Shown here one piece after another: positions 44,778 through 53,830 of a stretch of DNA of 64,000 nucleotides. How positions within the stretch are numbered: the first letter of the stretch is position 1; each line of letters begins with the position of its first letter. The DNA comes from a virus (lineage: Duplodnaviria > Caudoviricetes). The DNA is taken from the IMG/VR virus record IMGVR_UViG_2509276065_000002, positions 32,001 to 96,000 of that record. One strand, given 5' to 3'. Under the pieces are notes generated by a model. It saw nothing but the letters and a program-made list of their open reading frames with translations, ran no database searches and was not told where the DNA came from. A program made the translations under genes and the position numbers.

Positions 44778-45983
44778 TCAGCCGTTCGTGCCACCCGCGA
44801 TGACCACGGCGGTCTTGTCGGACACCGCGCCACCGGCGACGTCGCTGACCTTCACGCTGAAGATGTGGTTGTCGAAGCTGCCCTGATCGAACTCAATGGT
44901 GTCCGCCACTTTCGTGAGGGTGCGCGGACCCGCTTCGTACCCGCGCAGCACGGCCAGTTCGAGTGGCGCGGCGTTGCGGTCCAGCGCGATCCAGTCCTTG
45001 CGGTTCGCGCCCGGGTAATCAGCGATGTCCATCTCCGTCAGGATCGCTTCCGGGTGCACGTCCGCGATCTGGTAGACGGGGTTGGCGGTGCCCGCCTGGA
45101 AACCCGTGGCGGACGGGTAGCCGACGTAGGCGATGGTGGGACTGCCGATCGCGGTGCGCGCGACGGGCGCGCTGGTGTTCGGTACGTAAATGTCCGTCAC
45201 GAGACGGCTGATGTTGCGCTCGCCCACGCTCTGGTCGCCGAGGTACGACACGATCGCGTTGATGTTGCCGATGTCCGGACCGAGCGCACCGTTCGGTAAG
45301 GGCACGCGGGTGGCCATGCGGCGGATGGCGTCCACGATGATCCACGCGCGCGTGCGCGCCGCGGCCTGCCCGAGTTCGTACATGGCGTCCTGAAACTCAC
45401 CGAGTTCATCGTTGAGGATCATCTCCCAGGTGAGGGTGAGGGCCAGTTCGTAGTTCGCGGCGCTGTACAGCTCGCCTTCCCCGACGAAGCCGGTGTACTG
45501 CACGTTGGTCGCTTCCGGACGCAGGCGCAGGAAACGGTCGAGCAGGTTGACACCCCCACGCGCCCGGACGGGTTTGAAGTTGTTCACCACCCGGCGGCGC
45601 GCGATGGCCATCAGGTCGCTGTTGAAGGCGGGCAGATTGTCGCGCCGCACGATGTCACGCGTGAGCGCCAGACCGTACGCGAAGTCGCTGCTGGTGAGCG
45701 TCTCGATCACGCGACGTTCGGCGCGCATGGCGTGCAGGTCACCCAGCAGGCCTTCCATGGTTTCCATGGTGCGTTCGTACGCCTGCGCGTCGGTGGTGCG
45801 CAGCTTGCGGCCCTCGTCGATCTTCTCGCCGAGCAGCTTGCCGTAGTAGCCCTCGTAGAAGCGTTTAATGCTCGCCAGGGCGATGGTCGTGGCCGTCAGG
45901 CGGTCCGGGTCGGTGTGGGCGGGAAGTTGGTTGCGGTACGCGGCTTCACGCATCGCGGCGCGCAGCTTGTGAAAGTTGCTCAT
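44778..45983 (-). CDS. Major capsid protein (HK97 fold, Mu gpT-like)
   Basis: TSSDF, VNNFKP, LTWEMILNDELGEF, AAART, LRGYEAGP. Confidence 0.85.
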   Translation of the reverse strand: MSNFHKLRAAMREAAYRNQLPAHTDPDRLTATTIALASIKRFYEGYYGKLLGEKIDEGRKLRTTDAQAYERTMETMEGLLGDLHAMRAERRVIETLTSSDFAYGLALTRDIVRRDNLPAFNSDLMAIARRRVVNNFKPVRARGGVNLLDRFLRLRPEATNVQYTGFVGEGELYSAANYELALTLTWEMILNDELGEFQDAMYELGQAAARTRAWIIVDAIRRMATRVPLPNGALGPDIGNINAIVSYLGDQSVGERNISRLVTDIYVPNTSAPVARTAIGSPTIAYVGYPSATGFQAGTANPVYQIADVHPEAILTEMDIADYPGANRKDWIALDRNAAPLELAVLRGYEAGPRTLTKVADTIEFDQGSFDNHIFSVKVSDVAGGAVSDKTAVVIAGGTNG

Positions 45984-46044
45984 GTCGCCTCCTGGCGGCA
46001 ACGAAACACGGCCGAAGGGTGGCCGGAAAGAGGGCGGGTGAGGG

Positions 46045-46422
46045 TTACTGAGCGCCGTTGCTGCGCAGGCCGACGAAGTTGCCGAGCCTCCAGCCGATCC
46101 AGGTGTTCCCCGCCGCGACTTCCGAAGGCGCGCCGGCCGGCGTCAGGTACACCCGTCCGAAGTCCGCGATGGCGACGGGCAGCGCGCCCACGTCGATGGT
46201 CTGACCGATGCCGGGCAGGTTGACGCTCGCTTGCCCTTCACGCAGGCCCTGCGGGGCGGTGCCGGCCTTGAGCATGTCCGCCGTGACGCGTTCGGTTTCG
46301 AGGACGCCGTAGAGTCCTCCGCCGCCCAGGGCGACCGGACGGCCGTTGGTGGCGCCAGCGGGAACGGTGAGGGCGAGGGTGATGCCTCGCCCGTCCTGGC
46401 TGCGGTGCTTCATATTTTTCAT
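46045..46422 (-). CDS. Capsid decoration/cement protein (DUF2190-like)
   Basis: MKN...QDGRGITL..PAGATNGRPV...GV; GRVYLT; located between the protease and the capsid genes. Confidence 0.65.
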   Translation of the reverse strand: MKNMKHRSQDGRGITLALTVPAGATNGRPVALGGGGLYGVLETERVTADMLKAGTAPQGLREGQASVNLPGIGQTIDVGALPVAIADFGRVYLTPAGAPSEVAAGNTWIGWRLGNFVGLRSNGAQ

Positions 46423-46435
46423 GGCAGCTCCAAGG

Positions 46436-46466
46436 GAAAGGCCTCCACGCGTCGTGGAGGCCTTTC
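46436..46466. terminator. Hairpin / terminator in the head operon
   Basis: GAAAGGCCTCCACG-CGT-CGTGGAGGCCTTTC. Confidence 0.6.
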
Positions 46467-46495
46467 AGTGAGAAGGTGGCGTGACAGGCGAGGAT

Positions 46496-48028
46496 TTACA
46501 GACCGAAATCGCGCGCGGCTTCCATCACCGGCGCGTACGGCTGCCCGGGCAGGGTATGACCGCCGTTGTTGCCCACTGGCAGGGCTGGACCGCGGTTGGC
46601 GGGGTTGGTGCGGTCGAGGTGCTCGAAGGCGCGCGGGGGAGCGGGACGGCCAGCGTCATCGCGTGAACCGACCAGGCCACGGCGTTCCTCGATCATGTCC
46701 GCCACGACCGTGCGGGCTTCCTGGTCGTTGTCGGCCGAGATGGCCGCCGCTTCGAGGCGTTCACGGAAACGCGCTTCGAAGTCGATCTCTCCCCGCGCGG
46801 GCACGGGACGCAGGTTCGCGCTTTCCAGTGCGGTGGAGACGATGTTCAGGCGTGCGGTGCGCACGCGTTCCTGGCGTTCGCTGCGCAGCTCGGAGGTGAG
46901 CTCGAGCACCTGGGACTCCAGGGATTCCTCGTCCGGCGTGCCCGCCCGAGGAGCCGGACGGCGCGTTTCGGTGGCGGGCGGCGCGTTCGGCTGCGGATTG
47001 CCGGCAGTGCCGGGCGTGCTCGGCGTCTGCGGGTTCGCCTGGGCCTGCGTGACCTGCTCGGCGATGGTTTCGAGCACGCCGTAATACTCCTGCGCGTGCT
47101 CTTTCTTGACCTGCTCCAGGGTTTTGCCGTGCTTGTCGCACAGCGCTTTCAGTAACGGGTGCATGTGGCCCTCCTTGTTGGGCGCTGAGGTGGACGGCGC
47201 GACGGGAAGCGGAGCGGACGGACCGGGGCGGGTGTCTTCCTGGGTGCTGGCACGCCCGCCGAGGTTGCTGGGATCAGAGACGTAATCGATGGTGGCGTAC
47301 GTGAAGTCGTTCTGCACGACCGGAATCAGCATCTCCGGGTCGTAGAAGTTCGGATCGAGCAGCGCTGCCTTGACGTACTGGATGCTGGCGGTGCCGTTGG
47401 TGCTGATGCCGACCTTGACTTTCTGGCGCAGCAAGGCCTTGGCGTCCAGGCCCTTCTGCGTTTCGACGATCACGCCTTTGGCCACGACCACCCCGACGGT
47501 TTTCTGGCCACCCTGACCGTCGTCGATCGTGCGGTCTTCGATGTCGAGGGACTCCCACAGCGTGGCGATGTTCTCCAGGCGTCCCTTCATGGAGTCCCAC
47601 CATTCCGGGTGCTCCATCAGGGCCCACAGGCCCCCTTCGGCGAGGTCAGGGGCCGCCGCGGCATTCGCGGCTTCGTACGCGCTGCGGGGGTAGTACCGGC
47701 CGTTGCGGTTGATCACGTCGCAGTACGCGACGTCCGCCGTGACGGTCGTGACGGTGACGCCGCCACGCTTTTCTTCCTTCAGGCGGGGTCTGGCCGCGAT
47801 GAAGTTGGTTTCGTGCAGCGAGACGTCCTGGTACGTCTGCCCGGCCTGCACGCCCCCTTCGCGCTCCCCGAGGCGTTCGGGCGTGAGGACGTGCGCGGGA
47901 GGTTCGAGGGCCGCGCGAGTCACGCTCGGCGCGGCGTTCTCCCGCAGGGTGGTCGTGGCAGTGCCTGCGGCGATCCCAGCGGTGAGGACGGCAGTGAGGC
48001 AGGGTGAACGGTTCAAGTTTTTCGGCAT
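46496..48028 (-). CDS. Prohead protease (T4 gp21-like) fused to scaffold
   Basis: NRNGRYYP, MEHP, VGISTNGTAS, TIDYVSDPS; helical C-terminus. Confidence 0.8.
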   Translation of the reverse strand: MPKNLNRSPCLTAVLTAGIAAGTATTTLRENAAPSVTRAALEPPAHVLTPERLGEREGGVQAGQTYQDVSLHETNFIAARPRLKEEKRGGVTVTTVTADVAYCDVINRNGRYYPRSAYEAANAAAAPDLAEGGLWALMEHPEWWDSMKGRLENIATLWESLDIEDRTIDDGQGGQKTVGVVVAKGVIVETQKGLDAKALLRQKVKVGISTNGTASIQYVKAALLDPNFYDPEMLIPVVQNDFTYATIDYVSDPSNLGGRASTQEDTRPGPSAPLPVAPSTSAPNKEGHMHPLLKALCDKHGKTLEQVKKEHAQEYYGVLETIAEQVTQAQANPQTPSTPGTAGNPQPNAPPATETRRPAPRAGTPDEESLESQVLELTSELRSERQERVRTARLNIVSTALESANLRPVPARGEIDFEARFRERLEAAAISADNDQEARTVVADMIEERRGLVGSRDDAGRPAPPRAFEHLDRTNPANRGPALPVGNNGGHTLPGQPYAPVMEAARDFGL

Positions 48029-48051
48029 GGCGCTCCTTCCAGTACGACCAC

Positions 48052-48442
48052 TCACGAGGGGGTGGCGGTGGGGGCGGTGGTCGCTTGCCCTGTGCAATGA
48101 CTCGCCGGGTGGCTTCGCGGTGGCAGGCGCTGACGCATCGGTAGTGCGGCCAATCGAGGTAGTTCGCCAGCTCTCCGATGCGGGGCCGACGCAGTCGCAC
48201 GAGGTGCTTGTCGAGGAAGCTGTTTCCGAAGTGCCCGCCCGCAAGCGTCACCTCCACAGTTTCGTGCCTGCCCTTTCGCGCAGCACCTGCTTTCCGCCCG
48301 TGGCCTGCTCGCGCTTGGCGCGGCACTCGTGGCACTGACACGACTCGCCGTTCTCCTGCCGTGGGTGCACGGCATACGCGTAACAACGAATGGTGGTGTC
48401 ACTCACCGGTTCGCGCAGGGGGAATGGTCGGGGTCGGTTCAT
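48052..48442 (-). pseudogene. Cys-rich head morphogenesis-like gene split across frames
   Basis: Strong RBS before ATG 48442 (CQCHEC), continuing in another frame as ...LDWPHYRCVSACH... Confidence 0.3.
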
Positions 48443-50987
48443 TCAGGTCACCTCCTCCCGGTGTGACAGGCAGCTGTCTCGCTTGACCGAACGTGAGACC
48501 CACGGCGGCCATCCTTTCAGCCTCTCCAGCAGGGTCAAAGCCGAGCGAGCCCGCCAGGGTCTGCGGGCTCGCCCAGCCGCGCGCGTCGGCCGCGAGGGCC
48601 CGGCGGATGAGGGTGTCGAGTGTTTCTTCGGTGAGGGAAGGGAACTGCCATGAAATCTCCAGCAGGTCCGCGGGGACGCGCAAGCGCCGCCGGACGCGCG
48701 TGAGACCGTCCGCTTTGTAGGTCGTGCGGTAGACGGTGTAGAGGCGTTCCCTGCCGAAGCGGCGTTTGAGTTCCGTGCGGATCAGTCGGTCCAGGTACCC
48801 TCGTCCGGTGCCTTGCCGCCGAAGCGCCAGCCGCACTGCGGGCGTGCCCATCTCCCCGGCCGTGTTGCCTTGAATAGCGACCTTGCCGTTTCGCCGGGTG
48901 ACGAACAGGCCAGACGGTACGCTGAAGCAAAACACCTTGCCGACGTAAGGCACCTGCTCCACATCGGCCGCGTTCAGACGGTGTTCGGGCTTGCCGAACT
49001 GCAAAAGCAGCCGAAAGACACGAGTGCGCCCACGCACATCAATGACTTTGGCGGAATGCCCGAGTTTCAAGGCAAGGCGTTGCACATCATCAATGAGTGT
49101 CGGTGACTTGCTGTAGTAGGCGCCGCTGATCCTGTTCGGGCGCTTGTCGCGCGTGCCATCGCCGTCCATCAGAGCAGCGAAGAGAATGGCGCTTTGCCTC
49201 AGGCAGAGATGATGAAGGAATTCCGGGAACTCCTTGTTTTCCGCCAGTCGCCGACAGTGCTCCAGCAGCCACAAGCACAGGCGCTTGTCGTTGCACTGCC
49301 AGCGCACCGTTCCTTGCGCGTCGGTGTACTCGCCCCATTTCAGGCTGGGAAGCCGAGCAAGACAGGCACGGATGCGCGCTGTGGAGTCGGGTTTCTTCTG
49401 GGCCAAGCTGATGTGATAGCGCTGGTTGTAGACGTTGGCGCAGCCTTCGCTCAAGAAGTACCCGAGGAATTCAATGAAGGCGTCGGCGGGTAAGTCGAGT
49501 TCGGGGTAGACATGCTTACCGTTGCCATGCGTCTGGGCGGGCAGAGTCCAGTGCGTCAATTCATCGCCATCACTGGTAAGGTGATGCGAAAAGTACCAGT
49601 TGTTTACCGCGATGTCTTGGGATTTGACGATTTCATATGTGCGCTGCGTCTTGTCGTTGCGGTCACGCTTGACCCACATGCGGTGGTCGGGTGTGACGAG
49701 AATGTCCAGATGCGCGTTGTGAAAGTGATACATGGGGCCACGGTAGTCATATTGGTAAAGTGGACCGGCCTTCACCCACTCCACGACCGCGCTGTCCGGA
49801 TTGAACTGCGCGATGAGGGTGTCAGGCGTGATCTGCTCGTACGTTCGCCAGCCTTCGACAGTCAGGGTTTCCGTATCGGCGGAGTAGCAGGCACGGTTGA
49901 CGTTGCCGCCTTCTCCCAGCCAGTGTTCAGGCAGCCCGCCCATCGCGAGACCCACCAAGCGCAAGAAGGCGCGCTGGTCGGTGCTGGCGTCGCTGGCGCC
50001 ACTGGCGGGCTTCGGGAAGTCGAGCTCTTCGCTGAAGCCGTCGTAGCGGTTGCCGTTCTGGTCGGTGTAACCGGGCTTCACGACGAGCGGCACGATGCCA
50101 CCTTGCGCTGGAAGCTGACGGAACGCGCCGGTCTTCATGCGCCACTGGTGCACGCCACCGTCCGGCGTGCCGTTCGCGTCAGTACCCGCGGGATTCAGGG
50201 CGGCTTTGTACACGCCGAGCACCCGGCTTTGCAGGCCGTGCACGTTCAGGCGGTGGTTGAGCAGCCCGATGTACGCGAGTGCGGGATCCACGGCGCCCAT
50301 CGCGACGGGCCAGCCGCGCGGGTCGTTCCAGAGCGCGTCATTCGCGGTCCAGGTGAAGCGGCCCAGCGGGTAGGGTTCCTCCACGCCGGGACCGGTGCTG
50401 ACGTGAATGCCTTGCACCATGTCACTCGCGACGGTGCCGAAGGCGGTGCTGGACTCCAGCCGGAAGGTGCGATCCACGTCCAGGAACGCCACCCGAGACG
50501 GCAGATCCGGACCGGCGTCCTGCTCCGGGAAGAGCGTGGCATTCTCGCCATCGAGGAGGTACTCGATCAGCCAGCGCTCACCGAAGAGTTCCCCGAGGCT
50601 GTTCGCCTGCCAGAATTCCTCCAGGGCCAGCGCGGCAGTTTTGTCGTCGGGATCGGCGTAACTGAACGCGTCACCGCTCAGGAAGGCCGCGATGATCTGC
50701 ACGGCGCCCCGGAAGAGGGCGTTCTGGAAGTACGCGGCGCGGCAGCGGCGACGTTCGAGTTCGCGGATCAGGCCGTACTGTCCCACCGGGAGGGCCTGAC
50801 CGTTGGCGCCCGCGTACGTCCAGCCGTTGCGCACGGCCGGGTCGTTCACGCCTTCACCCCAGGCGTCCCGCACGCCAGGGTACGCCAGCTGGAGGTCCGC
50901 GCCACGCAGGGTGGCGGGCGAAGTGGCGTCCTGCGTGCGGCTTTCGCTGGTGATGGGCGTGCCGTCCGGTCCGAGGATGAGGCTCAA
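48399..50987 (-). CDS. Portal protein containing an intein
   Basis: Follows TerL; GLPEHWLGEGGNVNRA|TAGEM extein motif. Confidence 0.85.
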   Translation of the reverse strand: MSLILGPDGTPITSESRTQDATSPATLRGADLQLAYPGVRDAWGEGVNDPAVRNGWTYAGANGQALPVGQYGLIRELERRRCRAAYFQNALFRGAVQIIAAFLSGDAFSYADPDDKTAALALEEFWQANSLGELFGERWLIEYLLDGENATLFPEQDAGPDLPSRVAFLDVDRTFRLESSTAFGTVASDMVQGIHVSTGPGVEEPYPLGRFTWTANDALWNDPRGWPVAMGAVDPALAYIGLLNHRLNVHGLQSRVLGVYKAALNPAGTDANGTPDGGVHQWRMKTGAFRQLPAQGGIVPLVVKPGYTDQNGNRYDGFSEELDFPKPASGASDASTDQRAFLRLVGLAMGGLPEHWLGEGGNVNRACYSADTETLTVEGWRTYEQITPDTLIAQFNPDSAVVEWVKAGPLYQYDYRGPMYHFHNAHLDILVTPDHRMWVKRDRNDKTQRTYEIVKSQDIAVNNWYFSHHLTSDGDELTHWTLPAQTHGNGKHVYPELDLPADAFIEFLGYFLSEGCANVYNQRYHISLAQKKPDSTARIRACLARLPSLKWGEYTDAQGTVRWQCNDKRLCLWLLEHCRRLAENKEFPEFLHHLCLRQSAILFAALMDGDGTRDKRPNRISGAYYSKSPTLIDDVQRLALKLGHSAKVIDVRGRTRVFRLLLQFGKPEHRLNAADVEQVPYVGKVFCFSVPSGLFVTRRNGKVAIQGNTAGEMGTPAVRLALRRQGTGRGYLDRLIRTELKRRFGRERLYTVYRTTYKADGLTRVRRRLRVPADLLEISWQFPSLTEETLDTLIRRALAADARGWASPQTLAGSLGFDPAGEAERMAAVGLTFGQARQLPVTPGGGDLNEPTPTIPPARTGE
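48864..49889 (-). mobile_element. Intein (342 aa) with LAGLIDADG homing endonuclease
   Basis: C1 block CYSADTETLTVEGW, block B VTPDHRMWV, LGYFLSEG and AALMDGDG motifs, C-terminal VFCFSVP...AIQGN with +1 Thr. Confidence 0.92.
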
Positions 50988-51000
50988 ACGTCACCTCCTT

Positions 51001-52638
51001 TCATGGGTAAGCACTGAAGTCCGGCACGGTGAGTTGCGCGGCGGCAACGGCGGCAACGTCGACGGGAACGCGGAGCGGGCGGGTGCGCTGCAGCGCCTGG
51101 GTGGTCTGGTCCACCTGGTCGTCCTGCGAGCCGTTGGGAAACAAGTCCCACTCCGGCAAGTAGTCGTTCAGCACCCAGGGAGCGAGCGTGGGGTGCGGGA
51201 GGTAGACATTCCCGGCTTCGATCACGGGGGATTCGGCGTGCACCCGTGACTCCTTGCTGCCTTCGGGTTCCCAGGCGATCAGGCCAGGAATGGTGGTGTG
51301 CAGTTCGTCGATGATGGCCGGGCCGTTGGCCTTGTCCTCCACCAGGTGCTCCTGAATGTCGGCATGGCGGGCGGTGAAGGTGAGCATCTGGCGTTTGGTT
51401 TCCACGAATCCCCACTGCCCGCGCACCTGATCGAGGAGGAAGCGGTCGGCGCCGCGTGCACCCCACGCTCCTCCCGACACGTAGTTGCTTTGCGCTGTGC
51501 CTTTGAAGGTCATGTCCCAGCTGGTGAGCTTGCGGTCGAACTGCTCGGGCGTGGCGATCACGACGGCTTCCACCTCGCTGCCGTCCGGCAGCCTCACCCG
51601 CACTGGGGGTAACTGGTCGAGCAGCGCGGCAGGCGCGTGGTACCGCCACCAGTGGCGCTTCACGATGCCCCCGCCCAGCGGCACCGGGCGTTGTTGGAGT
51701 TGCCCGGCGGTGCCGTACGTGCCGAGGTCGTGTTCGGCTTCACGCACGGCCTGCTCGTCACGGTACTCGGGGAACAGCAGCTCGCCCCGCTCGGTGCGCG
51801 GGTCCTGCCAGAGTGGCGTCACGCAGCGGTGCTCGGGCTCGAAGCGTTCAGGCAGCCGCAGCACGGTCCAGCCACCCTTGCTTTCCAGGTGACCGGAGAG
51901 GTCCTCGGCGTGCAGGCGCTGCATGGTGAGCACCTGCGCGAAGGTGTTGGGGTCGCTGCCACGACGGCTGAGGCTCTGGTCGTACGTGTTGTTGATGGTA
52001 CGGCGGTGCGGCGGACTATGAATCTCAGCGGCGTTGTTGGGGTCGTCCATCAGCAGGATGCCGGCGCGCGCACCCGTCGCGCTGGTGATGGGCCGCACGG
52101 CCCGGCGTCCCCGTGCGGTGGTGTCGTACTCGCCTTTCGCGTTCTGGTCGCGGGTGAGGCGGACCTTGTCGCCGTACCGCTCGACGTACTCACTACTGGT
52201 CACGACGCGGCGCATGTTCATGCTGTCGCGCATACTGAGCGACTCGGTGTAGGACACCGCCAGGAAACGCTCACCAGGGTTGACTTCCGCCCACACCCAC
52301 GCCGGAAAGAAGACGTTGGTGAGGCTGCTTTTCATGGTGCCGGGCGGCACGTTGATGATCAGCTTCCTGATCTCCCGGCGGGCGACGGCTTCGAGGTGCA
52401 GGCACATCGCGTCGAGCGCCCAGCCCCACTTGAGAGGCGTGGCCGGCTCCAGCACCGACCAGAACTGACGCACGAACTCCTGGAGGGTGAGCGGCACGAC
52501 TTCCGGCGTGACGGGCACTTCCGGTTCCGGGAGCAGCACGCCACGCTCACGCAGTTCCGCTTCGAGAATGGCTTCGAAGAGCATGTCCTCGGTCAGCCAC
52601 TCGGGCAACTGGGGCTCTCGCACTCGGGCGCGCGTCAC
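51001..52638 (-). CDS. terL: Terminase large subunit
   Basis: INVPPGTMKS Walker A, LLMDDP Walker B, MQRLHAEDL, SWD, VEDKANG, FPNGSQDDQVD. Confidence 0.95.
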   Translation of the reverse strand: MTRARVREPQLPEWLTEDMLFEAILEAELRERGVLLPEPEVPVTPEVVPLTLQEFVRQFWSVLEPATPLKWGWALDAMCLHLEAVARREIRKLIINVPPGTMKSSLTNVFFPAWVWAEVNPGERFLAVSYTESLSMRDSMNMRRVVTSSEYVERYGDKVRLTRDQNAKGEYDTTARGRRAVRPITSATGARAGILLMDDPNNAAEIHSPPHRRTINNTYDQSLSRRGSDPNTFAQVLTMQRLHAEDLSGHLESKGGWTVLRLPERFEPEHRCVTPLWQDPRTERGELLFPEYRDEQAVREAEHDLGTYGTAGQLQQRPVPLGGGIVKRHWWRYHAPAALLDQLPPVRVRLPDGSEVEAVVIATPEQFDRKLTSWDMTFKGTAQSNYVSGGAWGARGADRFLLDQVRGQWGFVETKRQMLTFTARHADIQEHLVEDKANGPAIIDELHTTIPGLIAWEPEGSKESRVHAESPVIEAGNVYLPHPTLAPWVLNDYLPEWDLFPNGSQDDQVDQTTQALQRTRPLRVPVDVAAVAAAQLTVPDFSAYP

Positions 52639-53159
52639 GTCTGCTCACGTACTTTCTTGAGCAGCACCAGCAGTTCGTCGGCACTGAGGTTCTTCAGGTC
52701 GCTGGGCTTCTTGAGGCTCTCCGAGGCGCGCAGCACCACCGTGCTTTCCTCCAGGCCACGCGCCTTGAGTTCGATTTCCACGCCGTACTTGCCGAAACGC
52801 GCGATGTCCACCGCTTCGAGCTTTTGCGGGTCGAGGTGCGAGAGGCCGCGCACGGCGACCGTCTGGAAGGCCTGGCCGATCTTGGCGACGCGGTCACGCA
52901 CCTGCACCGCCACATCCTTCTGAATGGCGCGCAGTTCGGTGTCAACCTGGTGGCGGAATTCTTCACGCAGCTTTGACCAGTTTTCCTCGCTGGAGCGGCG
53001 TTTCAGGCTGTCAATGCCCGGCGCACCCTTTTCTACACTGAGCTCTTCGAGGGTCTGATTGCCTGTGTAGTATTTGCGCCGCCATTCTGTCCAGTCGTAC
53101 TTGGGCCTGGGTCCACGGCCACGCCGCTTGGGAAGGTCGTTGTTGTCGGTGGTCGGCAT
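52635..53159 (-). CDS. Terminase small subunit (putative)
   Basis: N-terminal HTH-like YDWTEWRRKY; coupled upstream of terL. Confidence 0.65.
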   Translation of the reverse strand: MPTTDNNDLPKRRGRGPRPKYDWTEWRRKYYTGNQTLEELSVEKGAPGIDSLKRRSSEENWSKLREEFRHQVDTELRAIQKDVAVQVRDRVAKIGQAFQTVAVRGLSHLDPQKLEAVDIARFGKYGVEIELKARGLEESTVVLRASESLKKPSDLKNLSADELLVLLKKVREQT

Positions 53160-53182
53160 GGCTGGTCACCTCCTTACGGCAT

Positions 53183-53208
53183 GAAAAAACCCCGCGCAGT
53201 GGCGGGGT
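53183..53208 (-). terminator. Intrinsic terminator
   Basis: ACCCCGC..GCGGGGT plus TTTTT on the minus strand. Confidence 0.65.
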
Positions 53209-53222
53209 GGGTCATTAAAATC

Positions 53223-53459
53223 CTAGGCGAGTCCTGCTCGATAGCCTTTCGAGGCGAGTTGCTGTTCGTACCAGTCCATCGCCGCCCGGATTTTGACTGC
53301 TTCGGAATTCGAAAATGTAAAGACTGTTCCGTACCCCAGAGGGAGTTGCCGATCGTCAAAGGTGACTCTGGTGTTTTTGTGATCAGTCTGCGCCATCGCT
53401 TTATTGATTTGCTCCACCACGTGAGGGGGCACCTGGGGTCGGACAAAAAGTTCTTCCAT
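53223..53459 (-). CDS. Hypothetical protein (leaderless moron)
   Basis: TACGCT 5 nt before ATG; own terminator. Confidence 0.6.
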   Translation of the reverse strand: MEELFVRPQVPPHVVEQINKAMAQTDHKNTRVTFDDRQLPLGYGTVFTFSNSEAVKIRAAMDWYEQQLASKGYRAGLA

Positions 53460-53539
53460 GCCTCAGCGTAACAAGCGTTTCTGAATGTGCCCGGGCAATT
53501 TCGCGCATCACCAGGGGTGGGACGAAGCCAGAGGGCGTG

Positions 53540-53794
53540 TCAGGGAGCTGGGATCTCAAGGATGATCTCAAGCGGATGCTGGACGTTTTGACTGACGAGA
53601 CGAGCAGGAAAGGTCGCGCCGTTCACTGTGACGAAGGGCTCGGGGGCAAAGCCTTGACTCGGGGCGCTGCCGTTATCGAATACCGCTTCGATGAGCACTT
53701 TAATGTCCGGGTGGTTTGATTCTATGACCGTACCCTGCATCGGACTGATGACGCGACCATTGTCGATGCGGACGGTAATGCGGTAAGGGTTCAT
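53540..53794 (-). CDS. Hypothetical protein (leaderless moron)
   Basis: TACACT 6 nt before ATG. Confidence 0.6.
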   Translation of the reverse strand: MNPYRITVRIDNGRVISPMQGTVIESNHPDIKVLIEAVFDNGSAPSQGFAPEPFVTVNGATFPARLVSQNVQHPLEIILEIPAP

Positions 53795-53830
53795 GCGGTG
53801 AGTGTAATTCAGGCCATCAGTCCTGCTTGC

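Noticed and set aside
47646-48386. 246-aa minus ORF as an independent gene
   Set aside because: It overlaps the protease gene by ~380 nt in another frame; only its central part looks coding.
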